This document shows positions 1-11,485 of a DNA stretch of 64,000 nucleotides, piece after piece. Position 1 is the stretch's first letter; every line of letters begins with the position of its first letter. A model generated the notes under the pieces. That model saw only the letters and a program-made list of their open reading frames with translations, ran no database searches and had not been told where the DNA came from. The DNA comes from Lama glama (taxonomy: Eukaryota). The stretch lies in NCBI GenBank assembly GCA_028534125.1, contig CM052817.1, forward strand, positions 85,004,001 through 85,068,000. The letters run 5' to 3'. Both the position numbers and the translations under genes were made by a program.

Positions 1-950
1 TCTGTGGTCTCTCCATTACATGCCTCTGCTTCACCAGAGACTAAAAGAAGTGCTTTAATTTTGAGGGAGTTAATAATGCATGGGGTCTGAATTGAATATA
101 ATTTTTTGCTGCTCTGCACTAGAAGAATTTTTTATTATCCAGCTGTAGCTTTGTGCCTTCATCTCCTATCAAGAAGAGGTAATTATCTTCATTAGCAGGC
201 AACCCCTTTACTCCCATATAACTTTGATGGAGATGGTAAAAATCTATTTTCTTTACTTCTTGCTCCCTGTGTGAACCACTATCTTCAAAAGCTGTCAAAG
301 TTTGCAACCAGATGGCCAGCTATTATTCACTCTTTAAGTTCCTCCGCAGCAATGCATCATCAGGTCCATCAGCAAACAGTAACATATGAAAACATATTGT
401 CTCATCTTTAGTATCTCCAAATGTCACTTTCACATTTGTTATTCCACTCTTGTTCCTAATTAAAGAAAGCTCATTTCCAATTCTCCTGACTGATATCTAC
501 CATTTTAATAATGCCCTTTATGTTTATCCTATTCATCATTGTCTTATTAACGCAGTTGTTTTCAAACACAATGTTAACTAACAAAGTCCTTTCTTGACTT
601 TTCTTCAGGCTGTGATTATTTCTATTTGGCATCCTCTTCTATCTAATGCTGTCATACCACCCTGGACTGATATACAGTGACATCTGCCATCTGAAACTTG
701 ATGGGCCTTTTTACCTTTTTAAGCTCTTTATCACACTTTATCCCTCTACTTCTGCTGCCAGTCTGAGTTTATATTTCCTGCAGCTCCCAGTCACTGTCCC
801 CTTTTCCATCTTAACTTCCCTGCCTGTTTATCTCACATACTCAGCCTGCCCCACTCTTTGCTTAGGTTCGCTGAGGTCTAATACCTCTCGTGTCACTCAT
901 TTTGCTCTCATATTCATTGAGCTTCTTAAGAAGATCAGCTCGTCTCTATG
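1..950 (-). mobile_element. Ancient RTE-clade LINE fragment (MamRTE1/L4-like), decayed reverse-transcriptase region
   Basis: A single minus-strand frame from ~670 to 119 reads SVQGGMTA...KVKKGLC*LTL...GITNVKVTFGDTKDETICFHMLLFADG...EGTKLQLDNKKFF. The order and spacing resemble the RTE RT motifs (HDGMxA, GVKQGC, TKV...LLFADD, G..L..V..F). Several stop codons. Confidence 0.5.
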
Positions 951-2057
951 ATTTAATATCAAGTTCTTAATTTTATACCTAAAAGATAATACTCAAAGAA
1001 AATCAATCTTACCTTCTCTGCTCTGTGTTTGAAAGGCATTTGATCCTATCACAGTAACATCTATTTGTATTTTGAATTTATTGCCATTTAAAATAAATTA
1101 AAATTTTGTCTTAGCTTATAATCAGATTACAGTAGCAGCATGAATCCACCTGACTTTAAAAAATCTGGGGAGAGCCATTTGCTTGAATAATAGGTCAACT
1201 CAAATAATATCATTTTGAATGTATATTGTAGTGCTGGTACCTGTATTTCTGTGATAATGACACTGCTTCTAAAAATTAAAAGATTTGACCATGAGAAAAA
1301 TTCCTTTAATAGGAACGTTAAATTCTGGGTAGTATGTAGCTTTTCTTTAAAGAGTGGATGGTAAGAAATAGGACGTATTTGCTTTCAGTCCTCAGAAAAC
1401 GGGACGAGAGGTGAAGGACTGAGTGTCAGGGTGGCCCTTATTATCACTCCTCTGGGCTTGTATTTTTTATGGGGCAGTCAGTGTCACAATATGGGACACT
1501 CAAAAATTTGGTAACAATGTCCTATTAAAGTCACAGAAATTAACTTGATTTAAATGCCAAACAGAATTTGTTTCTTTTCTAGGGATAAAATCAGGTCAAA
1601 ATGGATTCAGATTAGGGCCACTGAAAATGGGAAGATAGACCTAAATATATTTTACCTCTCATTTCTTTGCAAAATATTAGTGGAAAGCTCATTTCTATGA
1701 AAAATAAGTATATTTTCTATGGATACTGGTGAAATAAAACTAGAAGGCACTGATGAACTCAAGTAGAGGTGAGATGATCTTATTAAATACAACTTTGGTC
1801 AATACAGATTTAGCAGAATAATATTTATTTTTGGACTTTTTAAGTGGAAAGTAGTAGCATATGTAATTATACTAATAAAATATTTAATATAAGAACATAG
1901 CCTCACTGTTTTCTATATTGGTTAGTTCAAGCTGAAATTTGATCATGGGTGCAAATCAAATGTGAGTTCCACAATTTTAAAATTGGACAGTGATAAAATA
2001 GAGAATACAAAAAACGATGGCCAGGATGGCATAGAATTTGAAAAGCATGTTATGACT

Positions 2058-2710
2058 ATTTATTCATTCATGTGATAAATTTATCTGGCTCCCTGCCAGA
2101 TACTGGAGATACAAGGAGTAATATGACAAACATAGCTCCTACCTTATAGAAGAAATGAGAAGACAGAGAATTGAAAATCACAATGAGATGATTAATGATA
2201 TGGGAGAGAAAGCAGAGAATATGAGGAGAACATATAGAAAGGAGCTTAATCAAATTTAGGATCAGAAGAGATGGTGTATGAAAGGACGAAAGAATGAAAG
2301 AAAAGGCATAAATTATTCTCTGCAGAAGGCTTAGCAGATCAGAGAAAGCATAGTGCTGGGAGGAACTGCAAGTAAGTCAAGAAGTTTGGTGGGTAATTTC
2401 AAGGGAGATGAAGAAGGAAAATAAAGCAGAAAGTGTAGTGGGGCCAGATCCTGAGTGATCTGTAAGCCAGGTACCGGGCTTGCATTTAATACTAGGAACA
2501 GTGGGACAGGCCTTGGCACTCAACTCCAGTGAGTAATGCTTACATTGTAGTCTAACTGTTCTAACTAAATAACAACCTACAGAGTGGTGTAGTGGGTAGC
2601 CTGTGCTGCAATGGCCCCAGATGGAAGGTCCTTTCATAGCAGCAAGTGAAAGAGTGATATAATTAGGTTTGGGTTTATAATTGTATGAAAACACGCTGGC
2701 TGTTATATGG
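2058..2710 (-). mobile_element. L2 LINE 3' fragment
   Basis: Begins tttattcattca...ctgccagatactggagatacaa, the reverse complement of the L2 3' end, followed by purine-rich L2-like body. Confidence 0.65.
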
Positions 2711-2729
2711 AATGTAGGCTGCAGGATAT

Positions 2730-3270
2730 ATTTATTTATTCACTCATAAATAAATCTTTATTATATAGATATTATGTGCCTGAAACTGGTCTACTTATTA
2801 TGGGGTTCAACAATTAGTAAGATAGTCAAGGGCCCTTTAATTGTGGAGCTTCTATTCTAGTATGAGGGAGATAGAAAAAAATAATTTATTGCTAAGTTAA
2901 CACAATTTTAAATGCTGATGAGTGTTATGGACAAAAGGAGATACCATTTGAATTTAGATTTGAAAGATTCAAAGGAGTCAGCCATGTAAATATCTGGGGG
3001 CACAGGACATTGGGAATAGCAAGCATGAAGCCTTAGGCAGGAATGGGTATTTGGGGATCAAGGAACAAAAAGAAGATAAGTGTGACTAGAGTGCAGTATG
3101 TGATAGAGAAAGTGAAACAAGGGGAATTCAGAGAGGTAGGTTGGGCTCCAACCACATAGGGACTTGTAGGGTTGGTTGAAAGGACTAGGTGTATCCATAT
3201 GTGCAAGAGAAAGCAAACTGAAAACGGAATGAATATGTTCGAATATGTGGTGATAATTCACTTTAAGAGG
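2730..3270 (-). mobile_element. L2 LINE 3' fragment
   Basis: ttattcactcataaataaatctttatt...tatgtgcctg...gtggagcttctattctagt...gagtcagccatgtaaatatctgggg is a typical antisense L2a/b pattern. Confidence 0.75.
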
Positions 3271-3988
3271 GAGTTAAAACTAATTTTATGTTGCTACACT
3301 CAAACAAATTAGATATAATGTATGATTGTTTAAAGAGGGAAGATTTTGGTTCCACAAACTGTCCAAGCATGACCAGAGCCGCCTGTCACTTGAGAATTCA
3401 TGCAGGGTCAGTAGAAGGAACTTCTGCTCTGTGTGAAAGGCAGGGCTGGTTTGTCTTTAAAGTCTCTTTCCATATAATGCTTTTAGTTCATTTGGGGAAA
3501 ATAAGGTGCACAAAGTTTTCCTAAATTTAACATCTGAGCTTTTGTCAACTATGGTTATTGCATGTAGTTACAGCGCACAGAGGAGGGGATAATGAGGCAG
3601 GCCACTGTTTCTGTCGTTCTGAATCCCGTTTTTTAAACACATGGGCTGTAGGGTTTGCTTTATGATTGCCTACAGGTAACATCATTCTGTATCGTCTTCA
3701 TAGGACAGAGACAGAAAAATGTAGTATTTTCCTGCAAATAGAATTTTAAATAAGATAATCACTCCTTAACACACACAAAAAAAGAAAAACATTTTCCGCA
3801 TTCTCAAAAGTACTAATCAGTTTTCTTTTCTTTTTCCTTTCTTTTTTTTTGAACTTAAGCTTGTATAGTTTTTAATCTATTTTTCCAGATTATACACAAA
3901 GTCTTTATACTTGTTAACATGTTTAAGAGGGGGCATCATAATATTTCTAAGATTACATTTTTCAGCTAGCAAATTATTTGTTTAGTTA

Positions 3989-4075
3989 GAGTTATATAGA
4001 ATACAGAGTTATATAGAATATAGAGTTATATAGTCATAAGTTATAGAGGAGTTATAGAATTATGTAGAGTTATAT
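3989..4075. repeat. Degenerate tandem repeat (agagttatatagaat)n
   Basis: Repeated gagttatatag/gagttatag units are visible directly. Confidence 0.8.
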
Positions 4076-6121
4076 ATATGTTTGAGGTTGTTCCATGGTT
4101 TGGCTCTAGGTGACTATTTCAAGCAATGGATGTAAAGGGGGTCAGATTAGCTCACACATACTGTATCCTCGTGAGCAAACATCAATATCTTTCCATTGGC
4201 CTTAGGATAAAGACAGTAGTTTTCTTCTTGGCTTGAACAAACCTATCTGCCTTTGACACCACTGCCTCTCTAGCATCTTCTCACATAAAGTAGAGAAAAA
4301 AAAGATCAATTCTAAACTAGTTGAATTACTTATTTTCCTAAAATGTATACACTAATATATTTACTTTAAACTTTTGGTAAGACTTTTCTAAAATATAAAA
4401 ATTCAACCATTTAAGTATCTTAGTGTACCTTGTTGTCTCAGTGCCGCAGATGTTGGAGGTGGACCCGTCTTAATCTCCTTTGATTACAGAAACTTCAGGA
4501 TCCTGAGGAGTGGGGCGGTGGTGGGAATGGCACCTTGTCCTGAAGGTTTTAAAAGGGACTCTTGTTAATACTTTAATATAGTGCTGTGAAAAATTATGCT
4601 TCTCCCACTTAAAATACTGTCTTATATAAAGTGGCACTTATATAGGAAACATTGCATTTTGACAAGCTGCAAAAATAGTTCCTTTAGAAGGAATAGGGTT
4701 CATAAGAACTTGCAGAATTTCTTTAGGACTGATGGATTGCTTTTAATCATTTTAGTTTTCTGCTTTTTTGAGTCCTACTGCTCCATTTTTCAGAATTCAT
4801 TTAGTTTTACATTAGCCTGTGTCCATTTAGTGTAAGATGAGGATAACATTCCTTTGCCAGATCATCAACTTTTAAAGGTTTCATCTTCACTAATAAAACA
4901 GAGTTGAAGATTATGTCTATTCATTCGCCCAATAATTGGAGCAAAAACTGAACTTTTCTCTGTGCTTTTTAAAAAGATGTTTTGAGCGGGGCTGCAATAT
5001 TACATTAGAATTATAAACAGCGGACTGGTGGTGAAGCACATTTTGTGTTTACTTTCGTGGGCTGACTGCTCAGGAGAACCTCTCCATACCTAAGTGAAAT
5101 TTTGCTGTTAAGTTTACAAAGTTAATCTTGTGTATTGAACTATTTTAAGGAAGCTCCCTGGTTTACAAATTAACAAAAACAAACAAATAAAACCTGAAAC
5201 ACCAAAGAAAACACTTGAACCCAATCCATTTTATGGACATAAGCAATGGCTAATATATAAGCTTTAAATGTTTACTTTGCTTTTTCTACCTTGAGACTTA
5301 GCTTTATTAAAATAGTCCTGGCTGTGTTGATGCTCTAGCTCCGTGTGCTATCATCTATACATTTTCTTTCCTTTTTTGAACTTTTTAGATTGCAGTATAA
5401 AAGAGGGCAAGTGAAATGCCTTCTGTATAGTACACAGATGGCTGATAGGAATTATTTATGGATAACAGCTCTAAAGTTTGTTTATTTTCTTGAATAGCTG
5501 GGGTTTGAAAAGAATCTTCATTGTCCTTGAGAAAGTCTTCTAAAGAATTTCCATCCCTATAAAGTGAATGAGTCTATATTTGCCTGTAAAATTCTTCTCT
5601 TTGTGAAAAATTTCAGCTTTTAAAAATTAAATCATGGAAGAAGTTTGCATAGATTCATTCTCCCTGTGCTAAAATTATGTTAGAAATGAAGACCGCCTGA
5701 AAACAGAGATAATACAATGCAAATTGGTCTTTGCATGTCATTAACCTGACATCTATGATGTGCCATGCTCAATTTCAATATTTAATAAGTGTCCAATTTC
5801 TGAAGTATGAATAAAAATTAGAAACAATAACAAGTAAGTTACTTTTCAATAAATAAACATGTCCTTACTGATTTAAGAATAGTAATTGGGTGTAGCACGT
5901 TAACTGAGTGGCCTAGAGCAATTTTATAATAATCTTCTGAGAGCTCAGGAAAAAAAAATCAACATTTTATTACTTTTAACACACTGCAGTTACTACTTCT
6001 CTTAATTCATTTTAGTGAGCTGTCAATAAATTTCACTCCATTAGATGCTGAATTTAATTAGCTCCAGGGTCACAATTTATGTGATTTCTAAATTGTGTGC
6101 TATTTACAACGTCTAGTAAGT

Positions 6122-6136
6122 GTTACCTATGGCAAC
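6122..6136. promoter_or_regulatory. RFX X-box-like motif
   Basis: GTTACCTATGGCAAC is a near-palindromic match to GTTNCC(N0-3)RGYAAC inside repeat-free sequence. Confidence 0.45.
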
Positions 6137-6259
6137 ATAAATATATGTAATCTACAGCCAGCAGTGGACAATTATTTTTCATGCCTTGGATATTAAGCAT
6201 TCAGTAGTGCTGTTTCTGATTATTTTCTGGACTTCTCTGCTATGTTGTGTGGGAATAGT

Positions 6260-6412
6260 ACTGGCTACATAATTTGTGATTTCTAATGCACGGTGAAAAC
6301 TCCGGGACTCGGAATTTTAAGTTGGCAGCAGCAGAGCATGAGGGTAGGGGCCTTTGAGCATGGGATCTCGTGGGACTGCCCAGGTTGTGCAGCCATGATC
6401 ATGGCCAGCCCG
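6260..6412 (+). mobile_element. MER91-like hAT-Tip100 DNA transposon remnant
   Basis: ctggctacataatttgtg...gtgaaaa...gagcatggg...gtgggactgcccaggttg...ccatga...gccagccc follows the MER91 pattern as I recall it. Confidence 0.55.
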
Positions 6413-7454
6413 TTGTGCAACTGTAAACATTTTAAACTTACAACAATCTCTAATGTGTAAAATTTCTATTCTTGGTAAATACTATGGCTGAATAAATAAC
6501 AGGAACCAGAGATTGTCCTGCTATTTATAAAGGCAAGAACTTTACATTCTCTTTGACTTTCAGCAAAGGTGACTTAGGTTTATGGTGTAACCAGAACAGT
6601 TCTTAGGTAATGATAAATTATCTTTTGATCAAATATTTGATCTGAAAATCTTTGACCCAAACTAGTGGATTCCAATACTGTGCATTCTTTTTGAAGTTCC
6701 ACATTCTATTCTGAATCAAGAGCCTGTTCAACATAATTGAGCTTTTCTTTGGAATTGGTATGTGGTGAGAAGACCTGGTTGTCTGCCTACTCTTCACTCT
6801 TCTGTCCTTTTTTGGTATCAGAATACTGGCAAGATAATGTGCTGAGAACCTAATTTACATCCTCCTTGAAGACATGTGTGATCAATACATTTTAAGTAAA
6901 ATTCCTTTGCTATTTCCTCTCTCCCTGTCTGTAACAGCTGTGAAGGCTGAAGCTTCAGCAGTTATCTTTGAATCATGCAGCAACCTTAAGGATGTTAGTA
7001 AACACAACTTGTGGTGGAACAGAAAGAGAAAATAATCCTGCTCTTTTGATAACTTTAAAGGGACTCTAAACAAGCTCCGAGTTGCCTATGTAAATGAATA
7101 ACACCCTAATTTATTAAAATCTATGCAGCCCAGTTTGTTAGTTGCGGCACAATTTTGACTGAAATAGGAGACAACACTCCTTTTCTCTTTTTTTAATTTG
7201 GGTTCCTCCAGATCCTGCTTTTGTTGTGGTAATAGTAGATTAACTCAAAAACACCTATATAAAAACACAAAGCAGAGAAAAATTATTAAAGATAAAATAA
7301 ACAAACTCCACTTCTCTTTTGTTAGAATGGCTCTTAAAATCTGGCTGATTGTTTCCTTTGCTTGTTTTATGCAGTTGAATTTTTTTGTTTTATGTTTTCG
7401 TGCTTGGCTGTCTATTTTCTTGGTTTCTTGTTACCTTTTACAAATTACTCTAGT

Positions 7455-7700
7455 ATTTATTCATTTATCTAAGCAGTGCGTCATACCAATAACACAAAAA
7501 CAGTAAGATATGGCACCTTCCCTGAAAGGACTCATAGCTTTAAAGAGAGATCAAACATGTAAAAATATAGTTTACAATACAACCTGGTAAGAGATGAAAC
7601 AGAAGGGGTAAATGCTATGGGTCTTCAATTCTGCTAAGGCAAATGTCTGCCTAACTTCCTAGGAAATTTGGGAGGGCTAGGAAGTATCCAGTCTGAAGAA
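7455..7700 (-). mobile_element. L2 fragment
   Basis: tttattcattta...taagatatggcaccttccctgaaaggactcatag, antisense L2 3' pattern. Confidence 0.55.
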
Positions 7701-8099
7701 ATACCTCACAGAATTCTGGAATTTGATGTCCCTTAGCCCCACTGCTAAATAGATAAACTTCACTCTTTGATTTTTTCATCTTTAGGTATAAGAATGTTAG
7801 ATTGACTTCATGTACTATTTTCCCCCTACATAAAATCTCATGTTGAGATTTAGATTTTGGAAATATAGCTCTCTCTATTTTTTTTAAGATAGAATTGCTT
7901 TATTTTAAGAAGTAGAGAAGGGTCTGTAAATATTAGTAACATGCATTTTAATGTATATATTACATCTGCCAGAAGGTGACATTTGCTTTTAAGTCACTGT
8001 TGCCTAGGAAGTATTTGGTTACACTCTAAATTTCATACTTGGTGTTTCTGCCATTCATTCATTTTCAATATTTTAGTGGAGTTGTGTCCAGCTGAGATA

Positions 8100-8440
8100 A
8101 TACATTTCTTTCTCAACAGGATTCTGTAGTAGACTGCTGAAAAGTATAATTTCACACACATATGATGAAAAAAAAAACAGGAAAGCAAAGCTGCATTTGA
8201 TAAGAGAGTAGACTAGTGCAAGCTTCAAAATAGAAGATGTAGCCTTTATCAGTAGATAAAACTTCAATAACTACACCCTCTTCATTTAAAAAAGCAAGAG
8301 ATTCACAATTTCAAAACATTTCAAGATGCACAAAATATCTAAAAGCAAGTCAAATAATGAAATATACTCAGAGCTTCAAATCCAAAAATACAGCAAACTA
8401 AAGTAATAAATAAATCTTAACCTATTCCCTGAATACCTAA
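8100..8440 (+). mobile_element. Old L1 (L1M-type) ORF2 fragment
   Basis: A-rich tract resembling the 3' part of L1 ORF2 (attcacaatttcaaaac...aaaatatctaaaagcaagtcaaataatgaaatatactcagagc). Confidence 0.4.
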
Positions 8441-8999
8441 AGTGTTATAAAAAATCTTTTTTGTGGTTATATCTATATATATACACACACATGCCATGCA
8501 TACACTTTATACACATGCTAGAAAAATTGGGAAACAACAAAACTCAGGAAGAAAATTAAAAATCCAAACGACAACTTATCTTTTTATGATCTAGAAATAA
8601 AATTCTGTGAATTATGAGCTATCTTTAGTAGATCAATATAAGTAAATTTTTATAATTGTGTATATTTTCAACACTATGATCTAATTGTATATGGCTTAAC
8701 ATTAACAAACATTACATAATTCTGTTTTTTCCCTTTTTAACACTTTGTTGCAATTCTGGGAAAAAATAAGTCAGATACAATCTGAACATAAACTATTTTT
8801 TTCTTCTACTCCTGGCCCCAATCTGTTTGCCTCTCCTGAGCCTCATGGTAGTTTGTGCCTCAGGCGGATGCATGTAGACAAGTGAGGCCTGGATTTTGCT
8901 GGTGTTACATGGAGTGAAACTGCAGGTGGAGAGAGGAGCTCCATGGACTATGGAGCATCAGGAGAAGTGATTGGTTAGATAATTGTAGAAACCATGGTG

Positions 9000-10560
9000 A
9001 TGTTGGCTTTGTATGAATAGGTCTGGTTCTCTGGGTACAAGACCAATGGACAGCTGGGCCAAGCCTCCCCAGACCCTCCCATATTTAAGAAGACCAAAGA
9101 GAATTCTTTGGGGATTTCACAAAAGCCTGGAAATCTGTCTTTTTACTCACTGCTGGCCCATAAAGGAAGTGGATGTTTTGTCTCCCAGCCCCTGTGCAAC
9201 TCATGTTGCTTAGTAACAGCAATTATACCTGAGCCCCAAGAGCTCAGCCTGATGAGTTACAACCAATCTAAACTGGCCATCGCTCAGGAGTGATCAGCCT
9301 GGTCAGAATGACACTTACACAGCTAAACAGAGCTGCCGCGTGAGATGAACAGACAGACACTTGAATAAAATATAGCGACAAAAGTACATAAGGAAAATAA
9401 ACTTCTACATCAAAAATAGAATAGAATAACATTTAAAAAATTAGAATGAAAAATGTGATTTGTCATCCAAACAATTTAATGGATGATTTGAAGATATGAT
9501 AGTCACTTGACATCTGAAACAATGGTCTGTCAAATGAAGTACAAGAAATAGCTCAAAGATAAAGGCAAATTATATACAGGTAGAAATTATGGGAAAAAAA
9601 AAAGAAAAAAAAAGACATAGAAGATGGATCTGGGCAAACCAACAAGTGAAATACCAATTCCAGGAAAAAAGAAAAGAATAAATATTAGAAGCAATAATAA
9701 AGAACTGACAGAAGAAAATTTCCTGGGAAGAAAAATTTCCTGAGATAAAGCGAGATCTGTAACTCATTAATTGAAGATGTTCACTAACTTGCAGCCTGGA
9801 CTGAAGAAAAACAGTACACACTTACATATAAATTACTGAATTTCTTGTATGCTAATGAGAAAAAAAATTTGAGCTTCCAGGCAAATAGAAAAAATAACTT
9901 ACATGGGCATTGGACTTCTCATTTCCAACCCAGGAAGGTTGTTCAAAGAGCAGCATCTGTGAACTGCTGAATGAAAACATCTGCAATCCAAATTTCTTAA
10001 TTCTAACTTGTCAGGAAAAAAAAATTAAGATATATAGTAACTCAGAAAATACATCCATATAGCTACTCTGAATAAAGAATTCAAGGAAGAGGCTTTGGAC
10101 CAACTAAAAAAGTGTGAACTAGAACAGTCTTCACAATGGAAAAAGAAAAATCAGAGCGAGCAACTAATCTTTCTCTTTTGCTTTCTTTTAGTGTTTAAGG
10201 TTAAGTAAGTAGGATACCCTGAGAATATGTAATATCTGCCTTAAATAAGGACTTGTAACAGAAGGAATATACAATAAGAGGTCTTACAGTATTGATATAT
10301 GCCTAAAAACACTAAATAATCTTGTAAAACCTATGCATTAGAACTGGCTTGCAGGTCAAGGATGGGAATGATAAAAACATCCTAACCCAATTTAAAGATG
10401 AAACTGGCAAAAGGGCAGAAGAGAGAAAAGGTAAAAATAGTCTATGGGTTTTATCATAATGTGGTGAGAAGGAAAGGCTTAGGATACAAAACAATCTATC
10501 TTGATGGGAGAAATGGTGGATATTTTGTATTGAATGAACAATTGTAAAATATATGTTTTA
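9000..10560 (+). mobile_element. HAL1 or old L1 5'/ORF1-like fragment
   Basis: A-rich ORF1-like tract (aattccagg...aataataaagaactgacagaagaaaatttcctgg; ggcattggacttctcatttccaaccc). Heavily decayed. Confidence 0.55.
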
Positions 10561-11284
10561 TCATTAGGTCAGCAAAATGACCTGATGATTTGAAACTGCT
10601 GAGAAAGTTCTCTATTAATATTTACAGTATGGCACTTTAAAAATCTCATCAAAAGTCGTGCAATTTTCCTAAAGTATATGTTAAAAACAAAAAAAACTTT
10701 ATAGGAGTGACCTAAAGTCTATCAGTTTTGCCATGAAAAAATACAGTTGAAAGTTATTCTTCACAATAAGTGGAAATAAATTTTACTTTTTTCTTTTTAG
10801 CTAAAATTTTATCAAAATTTTCAGGAATATTATATGATCAAATTAGCACCTATTTATAACTTCAAAGTAGGTGTCTATAAAGTTATAAATACTTATATGT
10901 AAAAAAAGAACAAAGCATGAATTTTGGGGGGACTGTTGAGCTAATTTATAATTTTAAAGTTTTGAAAATCTGTTGGAAGATAGTTCCTTTAGTATTAATA
11001 TTAATCTGTATTCTCTAGGCAATAAGCAAATAATAAATAATGGGGCAATAAAAACAAACAAAGTGAAGTATGTAATGAAAGGAGTAGAAACTGCAAAAAC
11101 AAAATTCTTAATTCATACATATTTTAATTTCTTAAGTTTCACTCTAACATAGAGCTATAGACTTTAGAGAAGTCTAGACATAGGAGCAAATTCTTAGGAA
11201 TTTGTTTCCTTCAGGGTTGACAACAAAACACAATTCAAATGTTTGGGAATTACAGTAAGACCAATTTAGATTTGTCACACCTTC

Positions 11285-11485
11285 ACTATTTACAGAGCAT
11301 TTTTACATATTTGATTTTCACCATAATGTTCTCAAGTAAGGTTAAACATTTGTAGCCTAATTTTTCAAGGGAAAAAAACTGAGAATGGAGACTTCATCAT
11401 CTGCCACCATTTCACACCAAGCGACAAAATCAGGGCCTAGAATCCAGGTGTTCCGAATTCTTGGCATGTATGTTATCCACACCAG
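11285..11485 (-). mobile_element. MIR SINE
   Basis: cctaatttttcaagggaaaaaaactgag...cagggcctagaatccaggtg, antisense MIR core. Confidence 0.6.

Noticed and set aside
1013..1060. Minus-strand exon-like segment ending GAAG|gtaaga (similar case at ~40261-40305)
   Set aside because: Good donor but poor, purine-rich acceptor and an unrecognised peptide. Expected by chance in 64 kb.
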